A stretch of DNA of 64,000 nucleotides. It comes from Acanthaster planci (lineage: Eukaryota). Each line of letters opens with the position of its first letter. Position 1 is the stretch's first letter. Of this stretch, positions 38,901-52,600 are shown one piece after another. The stretch covers positions 3,682,228 to 3,746,227 of the forward strand of contig NW_019091357.1 in assembly GCF_001949145.1 (NCBI RefSeq). Reading direction: 5' to 3'. The translations under genes were made by a program, and so were the position numbers. The notes below the pieces were generated by a model. That model was not told the DNA's origin. It saw only the letters and a program-made list of their open reading frames with translations, and did not search any database.

Positions 38901-41900
38901 NNNNNNNNNNNNNNNNNNNNNNNNNNGCGTACACCATGCGTACAAAGGGGAGGGGAGTTGGTGCCATTGCGTACACCATGCGTACAAAGGGGGAGAGGGT
39001 TCAAGCCTGCGCAAAGCGAAACTTTGGCTTTAATGAATTTTCATATCAATGTACACTTTCTCATACAAATACATGTGCATGTACATACATACATACTTGT
39101 ACTGTACTAGGATCCGCTTTTGTACGTCAAAAACTGCTCAAACGGTATCCTCCACCGTCCACCCCACCATTTATCCTCCCGTGCAAACGCCGCGCCTATT
39201 ATTAGTAAGCCGCAACATTACTCATGACACAAAGACCGGCAGCATCTCCCGGAATGCGTGTGTGTGTGTGCATGGGGGTTGGAGTCACTGCGTATGTCAT
39301 GCATATGGGGGGAGGGTCTGAAAAGCCTGCATTTCATGCCTACGTACTTTATGGACTGTCCCTAAACTTGTTCCTGGATGGAACAACATCACTAGGAGTT
39401 CATTTGTGCAAAAAGCATGAATGATTCAATTTTGTTTTTTTTTTATTGCAGGAGGGGACAACACCTCTGATACTCGCAGCAGCCAATAACCACCTGCAGT
39501 GCGTCAAGGAGCTTCTGGACCAGGGAGCACAGCTGGATGAGAGGAGAAATGTAAGCAAGCCTGCCCCCCCATCCATTAAAGTAACAGTTACGTTTGGAAG
39601 AGAGAAAATATTTAATCATGAAATCAATGCAGTCAAGGAGCTTTATGCATCACTCATAAGAAATGAAGATCAAGGTGTACTCACTACTGCTGGTTGACTA
39701 GTTGATCTGTGGCATACACTGTACGTATACAGCAGGTTGCATCTTGAAAGGAATTTACAGTACAAATCTCCTACATGTAGGTTTATCATCTTAAAAACTC
39801 ACTTGATTCTGGCTTTTTATTTCTTCCCTAGACCGGTACCTGTGCTCTGTTCTTTGCAGCCCAAGGTGGTTTCCAAGACATAGTCAAGGAACTACTTGAC
39901 AGGGGAGCATCAGTGGATCTACCAAGTCAGGTACTCAGCTTCATGTATGTGTAGGGCCACCTTATTTCTCCCTGCTGGAATACAAGTTTGTAACCTGCCA
40001 GTTTCTTAACATGCTAATTCCTCGTTTGTTAATATGCACATAATGTACATAAAGTCCAAGAAGTCCATGGAGCTGGAACTTGAAAGTGAACGTGGCTGCT
40101 TCACATGGCCTGTTTTAGCTGTACAGTGGTTACAGTATGATTCTACTGTAATTCGACCACCAGAATTAGAAGCCGTTACTGTGGTGGCACAGCGCTCTTA
40201 GACAGGTGGTACGCGCGTGTTACATGCCTCTTCGACCAATAGGTTGTCGTGATTGCCAAATGTACGGGCGTGTTAAGCTGAAGAATGTGCGTGTGAGTGC
40301 GGTGCCACCGCAGTTATGGCGTCTAATCGGATTAGTTCATAGAAATATATTATAAAAATATGTCTCAAGGGACTTGTGCGAATCAGAATTCATGACATTT
40401 GGCTGTGTATCAGCCGCTGTACTGAAAATTGAACAAAAATGACATGTTTAGCACAAAATAATACCATTGGCAAGTGCCCTGACACCATTTGCGGGACGTT
40501 TGCACTTGGCTCATTAATGCTTGCCATTCCTTGTTTATGTACGTATATGTAATATAGCAGGAGAAGTGGGTAGACCATTTCTTGCATTTTCATGCATCGT
40601 TGCACAGTGGTTTAAAACCCTACCTGACCCAGACATCAGTGAATACTATCAAATTATTTTCACTCTTATCAATTAAAACAATTTAGCAAGTCTTTAGAAC
40701 TCATTTAGAGTCCTTGTGGATTTTCAATTTGGCCGATTGTAAATGTGCATCAACAAACATATGTCGATGTGCATTTTTCTTGTTTGGTACTTTTCATAGT
40801 TTATTGTAAAAATTAAATGCGAATTTTTGCACTCTATTCAATATTTTTCGAAAGCACATTTGTATCAGCTGAAAGAGAGTCTAACAAGCTACAAAATAAT
40901 GCAAAGGTTTCTCTCTGAAGATATAATTTTGTTTTTGAAAAGCAGGGTTTTGTTGGCATTTTTTTTCATCAATTATAAGCCTACCTTTCTTCAAAAAAGC
41001 TAAGGTGCGTAATTCAGGGGAATATATGGTAAAACTATTAAAAAACAAAATAATTTTTGGTGAATGTTATCTCATTAAATGCTACTGAATTGATTAAAAG
41101 CATAATATCGAGGGGAAAAAAATTATGAAATATCTGGGTCTTAAACCATTGTACGTTGCATCTGTAAATCTGCTCTGAAGTGCCATCTCATTTGTAGAGG
41201 ATAGACAAGCTTGTGGGAAGTTTATTAACCAAACTTATGCCCGCACCTGGTGCATGTGTAAGGGCGGCTTGGTCCAACAATTGGTTACGCATGTTCGATG
41301 CGTTCTGCACCAACTGCCCATGAACCCGCATGGGGTGAGTTCCCACCAAAGGGAAGTCACTGTCCTGTGAAAAGCACACCATCCCTTATTCCTACATGGA
41401 GTACAAGAAGACAGAACCAGGTGGCTGGCTCATCAGCCTGCTTCTTGCTCGCAGACGAGGGGGAGGGGGTGAATGCATTTGCACAAAGCCCTTAACAGTG
41501 AATATTATTGTGCAGGATGGAGGCACTCCTCTGTTCGTAGCCTGCCAGTGTAACCACCTCGACGTTGTCAAAGAGCTTGTCTCGAGAGGAGCCGATGTGC
41601 ACCGGACCATGAACGTGAGTATGACGGAGTGTGCCCAGCGCATTAGCATCAACAAGCTTGAGAATTTTACCAGACCACTACCAGTTTCTTACTGCAGTAG
41701 GTCGTACTTAGAAAGAAGTAAGGTTGTCGGACATCAAACTAAAATTTTAGGGTCAGAGGGACTACAAATGCCAAATTTGTCCAAGTTTTCAGATGGAGTT
41801 ATTTCAGTTCAAGCCTAAGTTTGTGGGAAAATTATTCGTAAATAAGTGCAGTGTGTAAGTTTATGCTGAGTAATTTGTTCTCGGATGTCTTCACTTACCA

Positions 41901-44900
41901 GGACGGTGCCACTCCACTTTTCATCGCAGCACAGAATGGTCACTACAACATGCTCAAGTACCTCCTGGAAAGAGACTGTGACATTAACCAATCAAGAGTG
42001 GTAAATTGTACTTCTTGACCCTCACCCTCTGTGCCAAAAACTTCCCCGGGTGGCCTGTTCCCCCCATGTAGCACTCAGTAGGTTACTTACTTTGAGCCAT
42101 GTTGTGTTTGGTCATTGGCTCAGGGCGTGCACATGGCACAGTGTGTGCATGGCCCATTTTTCGACTGAGTGAGTACGATTCATGGCACTATTACTCAGGA
42201 GAAATGGAACAATGTGCGCATGGCAGAATCAGTGATAAAATATCGCCCACTTACGTGTATTTCAGTGGCATTGGTTTCCTTATATAACAGGTTTTGCTCT
42301 TGCCCAACGTATATATTGATAAACACTGTATGCTCAGTGCTTGTCCGAGAGCTTGCAAAAAAATCCACAAGCTTACTCAGGTGGGACTCAAATCCACGAC
42401 CTCCTGCTTACTAGTGCAGACGTCTTAACCACTTGACCACTGAGCTTGCCGGGGTCGGCTGGCTGGTCCAAGTCAGGTGAAGCAGCAGGTACCGCGAACT
42501 ATTTTCAAGATGTATTTTTGAGCTGGGGGAAAAAAACCTGTCATATAAATTAACATCTCCCCAACGCAAAAATACATCTTGAAAAAGACAATGGTTTCAA
42601 TATCACTTAAAAGCATACCGTTACATGTAGTCAACTACAGTAGTCAACTGAACTGTATGCACAAAGTCCACATTAATTAGTACTTTGCATATACTATGCA
42701 GAAAGCTGCCAAGCTTGTGTAAATTGGTTTTAATTTCTATTTAAAGGGCAAAACACACCTGCAGCCATCTTCTACTAAAATGAACATTGCAAATTTTTTT
42801 TTGATGTTGATTTTCTTAGTATGAAGGCTATTAGTGACTAGAATCTGGTCCAGATTTGATACTTAATTAATGACATCTAAAACAATGACAAAATTAGGAT
42901 TCTTTTTACTGAATTTTTGATTTCCACAGGACAAGGCGAGCCCCCTGTGGATTGCTGCTCAGATGGGCCATGCTGACATCATCAGAGAGCTGATCTCCCA
43001 TGGTGCTAAGATTGATTCTGCAAGGGAGGTTAGAAATCAGACATTTCTTTGCTTGTCCCTGTAAATAGATGTGTGTGTAGCTGTCCAGTTGTGTTTCTGT
43101 CAGTCACTGTCAGCTTTTCGGTCTAGATACAGGTAGTCACCTAGTGACCACACCCACCATGTAAAATAAATATGGTTTAGATTTGCAGTGCAAGAGATTA
43201 GTGGTCAGATATTCATATCTGTTGGTCGGTCTCTCTGTCTGTTTTCTTCCCCTCACCACACTGGTCTTTTAGTGTGAAGAGGGCTGTGTAATGTTCAGTG
43301 AATCAAATGACATTGCAAGTGTGAAATAAAGAAGTTGAACTAAACATGCCAGTAATGTGCGAGTAATGTGCAGTACCCATCGAGAACACGGTGCCAGCTA
43401 CAATCAATACGCCATACTTTGTTCATTTTGTTCAGTTGAAAGTAGGAACAGAATTGTACATAACTACATGTACTTTCAAGTGAAAAAACGTCCATCTCTT
43501 TGAAGCAGGAAACACATTTTAAAGGATATTAGTGTCAATTTAAGCATTGTGGGAAGTGAGTTCAATCCAGCGGGCCATCAACTATGTGTATTCCAAGCTG
43601 TAACACGCTGCATAATAATTTGTTGAATTCTGTACACTTCAACTTCCATCATTTGCCCAGACAAACGTGTACCTTAGTTGATCCTTTCAAAAAGGAATAT
43701 GTACATATATTCATGATGTTTCTTTCTGACTGACAGGACGGTGCCACTCCTCTCTTCAAGGCGGCACACAAGGGTCACACTGACTGTGTGTCCGACCTGG
43801 TCAGCCATGGTGCTTCACTGGGTTTGCTGGAGGTAAATTTACCCGTTGATTTAGTGATTAAGAGATTTCTGCCTTGCTGCTCACAAATCAAATTATCATA
43901 CCTAAAGTACAAAAATAAAAATCCCCCCAAAGTTTGGGTTACTAGCTAACCTTCTTGTGAGTTGAGCACCGTGTAAGTACAGACAAGTTGTGATTTTGTC
44001 ATGGAGCCAACTTGTTTGTGTAGTCATTTTGAATCCAAATAAGCAGTGATATTAGGACGGAAAATTGCGCTGCTGTAAAGTCTTATTAAGTTTCTTTTAA
44101 TATCCTGAGGGTGCCGCTATTTTCCTCCAGGGGTCGCATTTTTCATTTGAAGTGTGGATTTGGTCAGTTTGTGTGGATATGTACACCTATGACATTTTGT
44201 GAAGACTTTGTATTACATTTGCATTTCAGTGAGTGTCAGTGTCAAAATTGTACACACGTACACTGTACATGTATGAAATGAAGAGGAGAGATGCACATCA
44301 ATTCCATTTGCCTTGCTGACCAAATACCAACACCCATCTGCAACATTAATATTGAACAAACCACGATTGGTATGAATGCAAAAGCTTTAGCAAACCTCAA
44401 ATATCCTGTTTAGGAGTTTGCTGAGGCTGCAAGTCCAGAGACCCTAGGTGTGACCCCGGGTGCTAGTGGTTTTATCATTTCTGGAAACCATAAACAGCTT
44501 CAGCACCAACCATGACAATGAAAAGCCTGAACATGGTATTGGATGTTTTCAAATTAACGGATAAACGATGCTCCTTTTTTTGTAACTATGCGATTTCCCT
44601 GCTTTTTTTGGTTGGTTCCATTAAGAATGGCGAGAGTGCTTTACATGCTGCAGCCCTTTTTGGACATCTCAAAGTTGTCAAGCAGCTGATACATGCTGGT
44701 GCTGACATCCATCTCAAGAACAAGGTACATAGAAATATAAAACTTACCTGATTTCCACTTTGAATATTAAAGTAAACATGGCTTTGGAGCAGGTCAAAAT
44801 GTTCCTGAGTTTTGAAATGTCCCCTCTGACATGTTGAAACTGAGGTGGACAGGTCTGAGGCACACATTCATCACTGTGTTTCCATATTGGTACACTTCGG

Positions 44901-45482
44901 TGGAGAGCTCACATGGTTCCCAGTGGGAAGAGCATAAATTCCCCCCTTTTTTTTAAAATTAGAGTTCAATTTTGTGGCATTTTCTAGCCAACAGAGCCTC
45001 TGTTTCTGAGACACTATAAGCTGAAAGTAGGGCCAAGAGCAACTTTCCAAAAATGATACAATGGCAGAGATTTCCATGTGCATCTCTATGATACAGAGAT
45101 ATAAACTTTAAACATACATTACATGCCTAAAGTCTGAAGAATTTGTCCCTTAATGGCACAGCTTCTCGGCTGACTTACGACCTCAAAGATAGTAGCCCAA
45201 AGTAATGTGTACTTGTATGATACACCTTTTCTAAGCATATAAAATTGAGATTAAGATGAATCTTAATACACATATAATAATCAATTCTGAAAGTTAACTC
45301 TATTTGTGTCTCTCTCCCCCATCTCCTCGTACACCTGGCCCTACCCCACCCCACCCCACCCCATCCTATTCCCTACACAGGAGGGTGTCACTGCTTCCGA
45401 TCTTGCCAGAGATGCAGGGTATGACATCATTTCCGACTTCATCCACACTGCCAAGCAGCCCTCTTCCCACACCACAGTATGA
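32918..45482 (+). CDS. ANKRD29: Ankyrin repeat domain-containing protein 29
   Basis: Exons 32918-32929 (MSAK, GC donor, inferred), 37813-37923, 39452-39550, 39832-39930, 41516-41614, 41902-42000, 42930-43028, 43737-43832, 44626-44724 and 45381-45482 (TGA). The internal exons are mostly phase-0, 99 nt, one ankyrin repeat each. Motifs GKVHVDCKD, ALFFAAQGG, DGGTPLFVACQ, PLWIAAQMGH, PLFKAAHKG and NGESALHAAALFG fit ANKRD29. Confidence 0.92.
33141..34041. mobile_element. PIF/Harbinger-like MITE (copy 1) carrying a nested insertion
   Basis: TIRs GGGGCCGTCCAT and ATGGACAGCCCC, with a TTA direct repeat on both sides (33138-33140 and 34042-34044). Confidence 0.7.
33476..33936. mobile_element. hAT-like MITE nested in the Harbinger-like MITE
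   Basis: Ends TAGGACTG and CAGTCCCA. The internal sequence is homologous to 36244-36703 (gcttg.ttcaagcagat..ttcaaatgaaaag..gtaaatt.ttcatt..ttgttcatcaacaat..aaattgaaggtc). The superfamily call rests on the termini only. Confidence 0.6.
36244..36703. mobile_element. hAT-like MITE (second copy of the same family)
   Basis: Ends TAGGGCTG and CAGTCCTA; ~460 bp and colinear with 33476-33936. Confidence 0.6.
38554..39362. mobile_element. PIF/Harbinger-like MITE (copy 2, same family) with an internal minisatellite
   Basis: Ends GGGGCCGTCCATAATGTAC and GTACTTTATGGACTGTCCC; flanks are AAA/TAA. Subterminal sequences are shared with 33141-34041. Confidence 0.65.
38590..38998. repeat. 42-bp minisatellite, interrupted by an N gap
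   Basis: Unit gagttggtgccattgcatacaccatgcgtacaaaggggaggg is visible at least five times around the gap at 38750-38926. Confidence 0.92.
40165..40327. mobile_element. Short MITE-like inverted repeat
   Basis: attagaagccgttactgtggtggcacagcgctc versus the right-arm reverse complement attagacgccataactgcggtggcaccgcactc. Confidence 0.55.
40603..41153. mobile_element. Non-autonomous Transib-like DNA element (MITE) in an ANKRD29 intron
   Basis: Left end CACAGTGGTTTAA..GACCCAGACAT; right end reverse complement TACAATGGTTTAAGACCCAGATAT. An exact 5-bp direct repeat CGTTG flanks it at 40598-40602 and 41154-41158. Confidence 0.72.
42375..42446 (-). mobile_element. tRNA-derived SINE-like head (degenerate)
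   Basis: Minus strand reads gctcagTGGTCAAGTGGttaagacgtctgcactagtaagcaggaggtcgtGGATTTGAGTCCcacctgagt, with pol III A-box-like and B-box-like motifs and an imperfect cloverleaf. Confidence 0.5.
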
Positions 45483-48400
45483 CGGAAGGGACTAGTTGGC
45501 ATTGTTATTCCCACAACCCCATACAAGTGGGCACCATTATAAGCGGCATGTTTCACAAGAAAATGCTGTTTTTGCCAAGTTACTGTAAAATTTGGGTAAA
45601 AGGCATTAGGCAGTGAGACGAGCCTGGCTACATAGCTGAGGGGCCAGGGTCAACTGCCACCCCCACCCCCTTCCCTTAAAGAAGAGCCTGACTGTGCTAC
45701 TACCAGTGAGCAGTGTGTACATTGTAATATTAATGTTTTAGTAACTCCAGTAATTCTGAAATCTTTGTTGGTGCGATAAACAATAATTTGGAGTCTTGCC
45801 ACACATTCAAATTGTATGGGAAAAGAGCATTCGGGATTAAAGGCTCTGTATATGTGCTTTGAGGCAGCTTTCTTTAAAATTTTGTTCCCTTCCTGTCTGC
45901 TGGAGTTAAACAAATTTTCTCTTACATTTTAAAGTCTTCCTACTTAAAGGTGATACTTCCGTACTCCTCAATCACAGAAGAACCAACACTGAAAATCTTT
46001 CAACATTTTGTTGTGATTAAATATTGTCATGCTGTGACTGACTTTCTGCCTGACTTTTTTTCAACAAGTAGAATTCATTCCTTAATATTCTTTCACAGAA
46101 TTAAGTTGTGTAATTTGAGCAATCTAGTGCACTTATAGTTCTTTGATTAAATATGATTAACAAATGAGGACTTTTTGCGTCTGAGCAGTGCCCTTAACCC
46201 CTACTTCCTTTAACCGAATGCATGGATACTTAAGCATACAGATTTATGTATGTTCAGGTATGTTATAGTCAGGTGAGTGAGGAAAATGTCCGTCAGAATT
46301 CAAACCTGTAAACTTACCGTGGTGCCAGAGCTTCTTCCTACGCAGCACTGTCATCTGGCCACACTCTACATGTAGCAATTTGCCAATTGTTCATTGTCTT
46401 TAAATGTACTTGTGCATTCACATGTACGAAGTTTCACACGGCTTGTTTCGGGGCTTGTTTCGATATGATCCATATTTCAACAGACGTTTTACCCTCAAAA
46501 GTGTTCATGGGTTGCAGTGTTTTTCATTCTACCGTAGGACATGTGGAGCAGAGAACGCCCACAAACATTTTCAGCGGGCTAGTCTTTGCGGTGATTTTGT
46601 AATTCAAGAAACTATAGCAGTAAGTAGGAGACAATAAAGAGACCTTCTTGAGGACATACCCTTCAGACCCAACCACATGCTTTGAGTAGATATGCTAAGG
46701 TCTACAACTTTTTACAAAGATTAAACGCCTTTGAAAAAAAAAGAAAAGAACAACAGCTGATCAGTTCTTACAAGCATTCAAACCTATTACACCAATTTCT
46801 AAACTCATGTACAAATGTATTTGTGGTGAAGCATATTCGAAAAAGAGGCTATTAAAATCCTGTATTATTTAAAATCAATAGTGCTAAAACACAAGATTAG
46901 TACTCAAAGAGAGGTTCAGTATACCGTTGTGACATTGTGTTGAGTTCCAAATTATGCGTGTAAAAAGAATCACAGACAAGCCTGTTCATTGTGTATTCAT
47001 TTAATATGCATTATTCAAAGAGATATATTTTGAAGGAGGAGAGTTGGAAATATCTATGGGCTGCTTCAGATATTGTTGATTCAAATACATGTAGTGAAAC
47101 AGTACAAAAATTTAATGAGCTGAAGATGTTGCTCTGCAGTGTTATAGTATTTGTAGTTTTATTGCTGAATATAATCAGGTGCTGAATTTTTTTCCCCCAA
47201 GTTGTGGAAATACCCAGTCACAACCCTATGGGTACAGTATTTATGACTCGCTCCAGGCAAGGATGATTTAAGTCATGGCCCGCTCATAGTAGGGAGGGTA
47301 AAATTTTTTGTGGAACTTGAATTTTTATTTTTTTGTAAGAAATTTTATATTCATCAATAATTTGAAGGGAACATGCTGGTTGCTGGGGTGATTTCAGATC
47401 AGTCTTGCAAGCCTAAGTCTGTGTTAGAATCAAGTTTTTCTCAGTTAAGAACTAACATGAGACAATGTCATATCTGCTGCTGATAACAGACTATTGGGCT
47501 ATGCCATATATGCCCCATAGGCCATTGGGCTATGCCATATATGCCAAGTAACGGCTTACACTATGGGCCTTCCAGCCATGCGTTTAAAATTGCATTTTTT
47601 TCTGATGCAACCTTTTATACAGGCATGCAACTGATTTCCTCTTTTTTCACTTCACTCTCATGCCCCTGAAAATTGAAAAATGCTGTACAAAGTCTTGTAA
47701 AGTTTGGAATTTCCTTGTTTTTTGTCAAAGTCCAAATTGCATGCCTGTTTACAGAGCAGGTATGTTTGTATTCATTGCAGTGTATATGCAGTTTGTTAAA
47801 ATACTGTTCTGACTTAGCTAACCAGAATTTCTTTTTTTCTGTGAAATTGTTCAAATCACGTAGAATTACCACAGCTATTCCACAGAGTAGTGTTGTTAAA
47901 TAATACTTTTTCCCCTTTGCTATCATTAGTGAAGTGTGCTTTAAGCATTATAATGTACTTTGTATATGTCTGTAGCAAAGTCTGAGCCAGACTAAACATA
48001 TCCAACATGGTATCTGGAATATTGAAATTTTTTTTACAAATTTGTTAGGTTTGTATTGACGTTTGTGTAAGGAGAATTCTGGATGCCCATTTTTTTTTAT
48101 TTTTAATTTTGCATCTTTCAGCTGTTTCCTAATTCAAGTCAGCAGGGTGTCCCTTTGAGGTTTTTATGCTTTTACTTTCACAAAAAGGGGCATTCAGCAT
48201 TGTCTCCAAGCTGTCATCAAGACAGCTGGACACCCCCCCCCTCCTTTTTCTGCCTAAATCCTAGATGTAGGTCAAATGTGAGGCGCTTTACATATAATTC
48301 AGTGTTGCAGTTGATAACCATGGTGAGAAATTAACATGGGTTGTTTTCATCTTGTTACAGCACCCTGTCTTGGATGTACATTTCTGAAATGGAAATTTCT

Positions 48401-49079
48401 CATAGCTAAAGGTGCCCAGAACAAGCTAATGTAGATGCAAATTAGTTTCTAAAAACCAAGAGCTTGCCTAGTTGAATTTTTTTATGGAATTTTTTTCAAT
48501 GTATCACCATTATATGCAATTTTTTTTATATGTCCTAGTTGGGAATTTACAAATTTTTTCCTACCTCGTGTTTACGTCAAGTGTATTGAGTTTATATTTG
48601 TTCACTGTTTGTATTTTGGTGTTTTAAGTGGACCTATAGCATTGACAAATTTGTTATTCAGCATAAACAGTACTTTATGTAAGTTGATTTCAATAAGAGA
48701 TTTAATAAATTGTGTTTGCATTTGAAGTGTGTCTGCATGCTGCATATTTTCTTGGTTATAATGGGAACCAGAAGATGCAATGATACACCATGTTTGCAGA
48801 GTTTCAAGTCAGAAGTCTGTGAAAAGGCAGACAAAATAAAGACACCTGTTTCCCATTATACATGTAGAATGATTTTTAGAGAATATAAATAACTGTAAAA
48901 TTAATACTAGTTAAAAATTAGAAATACATCTTTTTCTGATCGAATGTATTGTACATTTATTATTGCATATTAGCACAAAAAAATGTAACGCAATAAGCCT
49001 TTTGCGAGTTAAATTTGAATAAAATCTGGTCCGCTGAGTTCTTTAAATTCACGTGAACACAACAATTTGAATACTCCAC

Positions 49080-49398
49080 ACTAAAGGCACTGTTGCTATA
49101 CCTCGTGATTCGGGGCAAGCTTTCCCATAGTTACATAAGAGACGCCTTGCAACAATACACTGTTCTCAATGGATAAGAACGGCACAAAGGAACCAGTTCA
49201 TTCCAGAGATGGTGGTCGCTGAGCAAAAGCTTGCCCCGAATCACAAGGTANNNNNNNNNNNNNNNNNNNNNNNNNNNNNNNNNNNNNNNNNNNNNNNNNN
49301 NNNNNNNNNNNNNNNNNNNNNNNNNNNNNNNNNNNNNNNNNNTTCTCCCCGTCTCATACCTTGCTGCATATGCAAGGTATAGCAACAGTGTCTTTAGT
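49080..49398. mobile_element. MITE with long TIRs between the ANKRD29 and FAHD1 3' ends
   Basis: actaaaggcactgttgctatacct pairs with aggtatagcaacagtgtctttagt. An inner inverted pair gtgattcggggcaagcttt/aaagcttgccccgaatcac is also present. The element contains an N gap. Confidence 0.6.
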
Positions 49399-49679
49399 CT
49401 GGGGAGTTCAAATTGTTACATTTCTATGCAATCAGATAACACAGGGAACCAGATTTTTTTCAAATTAAACTCGCAAGTGGCTTATTGTGCACTTGACGTC
49501 ATAGACGTCACTTACTGGGCCAGTGGCAATGTTCCTACACAGACTATTGACCAAACACATCCACTTTTATTTAGTACATGTACTTATGGAAGATTACCAA
49601 AGCCCCTAGGATGAATGTAAAATCATATTGAAATTGGAGGATTTGGGACTTTTAGGGTTAATGCAGGAGCTGATTTTGA

Positions 49680-52600
49680 TTACTGTCCTTCAGCGACAGT
49701 GAATGACATTTTCAGTTTTACCGTTGATGACCTGTCTGAGAGGCCACAGGTGATAACATCACCACTTTTCACCGGCCCAACACCAGAGGGTGTCCCAGTC
49801 AGCACCAGGTCGCCCTCCTGCAGAGTGATGTAATGACTGATGTAACTGAGGAGTGCAGGGATCTTGAAGATCATGTCCTTGGTGTTCCCATCCTGTCTTG
49901 TCTCACCGTTGACCGCTAGCCACAGCCGGAGGTCGTGGGGGTCAGTCACCTCGCTCCGATCCAGGAACGCACTGACGGGGCAAGAGGTGTCAAACATCTT
50001 GGCCAGCGTCCAGGGAGCCCCCTTCCTTTTAGCCTCGTCTTGGAGGTCCCGAGCTGTCATGTCCAGTGCTAGGGCATATCCTCCAACGTGGTCCATGGCC
50101 ACAGACTCGGGGATGCTGCTGCCGGGGCGGGACACGACCACGCCCAGTTCAACTTCATGGTGCAAGTTGCTGCATCCAGGAGGGGCCTGTCAGATCATGC
50201 AAAGCAACAGAAGGAAAAACCACAAAATCTCAGTTTTCAAGTTGTCAGCATCGTCTTGGCTAGGCTTATAATCTGTAAAGATGGTGTCCAAAGCTCATTC
50301 CCGCATAAATCATTCAGAGTGTCTCTGATAAGCCATGCATGACAGAGCATCATTGAGGAGATGCCATTTGAGTAAGTGTAGAGTAAACTTCCAACTATGG
50401 GAATGGATACATTAAATACATTTAGCATACCAGCCTAATGGCAGTGTTTTTCATCACATGGTTTTTGGGGGGATGGGGGCATTGATGTTACGAAACAGAT
50501 GTCAACCACAAAGCACAGACTGCCAATCAGAATCCACCACTATATAGGCTTACCCTGATTGGTTTTCCCTCTGTGATAAACGCCGTTGTTGGTTTCAAAA
50601 AAATGATGGGCTCTGCTGGTAAAACGTTCCCCAGCTCTGCTGCATGGGCACTGCAGAAAAGGAGATCGGAGCAGATTCAATCGTAAATTAAAGCAAACTG
50701 GGTTTAGTTTAAGTAGTTTTGTAAACCAAAAATTTGGAGCTGTATGGATTATATGTTGGCTACATGATCACTGCACTGTTTAAGCTTCAGGGGTGCATGG
50801 TGGAGTCCTTCAACATGGCGTATATCAACGTTTCCCTCAACATTCCTCATGCAGTGTTGCCAAAATCTCTTTACTAAAAACTTCAAATTCATTCAGATAA
50901 ATACACGTACTGGTGTCCCATAATACATGTACATGCCATCAAACCTTTGCATGGTGCTTTGTGTACAATGCACAAGCAATACAGTTCAGGGCCCAACTTC
51001 ACAGCGCTGCTCAACACATGATTTGATACGGACACAGCATATATGTATTTCATGGAGACTGTAAGCAGTAAGCATTGCAAAAGGCATGCTTACCTTGGAG
51101 GAAAAATTTGCTTCACACAAGCGACAAAGCAATGGAAATCTTCATATGTGCAGGCAACTGTATGCATGTTTATTTACAATTTGCAAAAGTTTCTGCTACA
51201 GTAAGCATGAATTCTCTGCTAACTGTTAAGCAGCCCATGAAATAGGGCCCAGATTTTAAAGGAATTGAATTGGTCTCTGGTCGCCGGGCTCTAGCTTGTG
51301 GTCTATTGGTTGAGATGTGCTGTGCAATGCAAGGATTGTCAGATTGTGGGTTGGAATCCTACCAGACATTTCCTGCAGGAATTGGTTTCCCTGCAGGACT
51401 CAGGAAAGCAGTACAGGTGCATATTCATCACATGGAAGTGTTGGAAAACAGTCGAGGATACCGGTACCAGTGCATGCGTATGTCAAGGTTTTTCCCATAA
51501 TAATTAGCCCTAATTTGCCAAATACATATGATGTTTTTGAAAGAAAAACCTGGAAAACAGCCCCCATCCGTGGCATGTCAAGCACATGCATGTACAGAAC
51601 TACATGTATGAAGGAATTCAGCCAATCATGGCCAAATCTTGTTGCCCCCCCGAGCTCCCCTCTCAATGTTGTGTATTGTTGTACAGTCTGTGCTGCAGTT
51701 GGAGATACATGTAAAAAAAAAAAAAAATCAAACTCGCTGGCCACTTGTTTGACATAAACAAAGGGGCCACAATATTTTAGGGGCTAGAGACGTGAAGGGG
51801 GTTCAGTATAACTCAGAGGGACAGGTTTAGGGGACAGTTACTGGTATAGTGCACCAAAACTCCAAGAAAACAACACCAGCAAACAAAAGCAAGGATGTCA
51901 AGACTGTGAGTAAGACTTTTGATTTCATTCTCTTCCCCCAATTTCATCATGAATGAGCTCAAAGCTGCATTCAGTTGTTAATTTGCCCCACAACATCAAA
52001 AGCTGGATGCACCGCTGCTCGGAGACTGTCCACAAACTCGGAGAAGTCTCTTTATTCAGAGACAAAATCAGTCCCGAAAAGAGAGAATGTCTCCCAAAAG
52101 TTTGAAAATGGGAAAAAATTTTTTTAAGTGGGCTTTGGGATCCTACCATTGCCTTGGGGATCCTTTAATGCTATAATTGGATTCAGCAAAGGAAAACACC
52201 CAACTTCTAGGATTACAAGCAGGCGTCTGTAATGGGATATAATACATGTACATAAAGACCATGTATCAAAAGAATTTTTCCAAATATCAATCCTTCACTT
52301 ACAGGTACAAACAGCGAGTGACATGGTGACAAATTCCTAAAAAAAAAACTTAATTAAAAAACTTGTGTGTATGGAAACTACATGTATGCGGAAAAAATGC
52401 TAATAGCACACATGTGCATGATGTTGATCCTATCCCATTTGAAAAAAAAAAAAACGAATCAACCACGTGGTGATGGAAGTCTCCACATACATTGTATTAC
52501 AAATATGGTTCTAACATTTTTTCCAATAGGCCAATTTGGCAAAGATTCCTCACCCCAGGAATACATCACAAGCCAGTAGACTCCCATTGGCCAAACCCTA

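Noticed and set aside
51283..51365. tRNA-like A/B-box sequence
   Set aside because: It is too degenerate to fold as a tRNA; at most a SINE relic.
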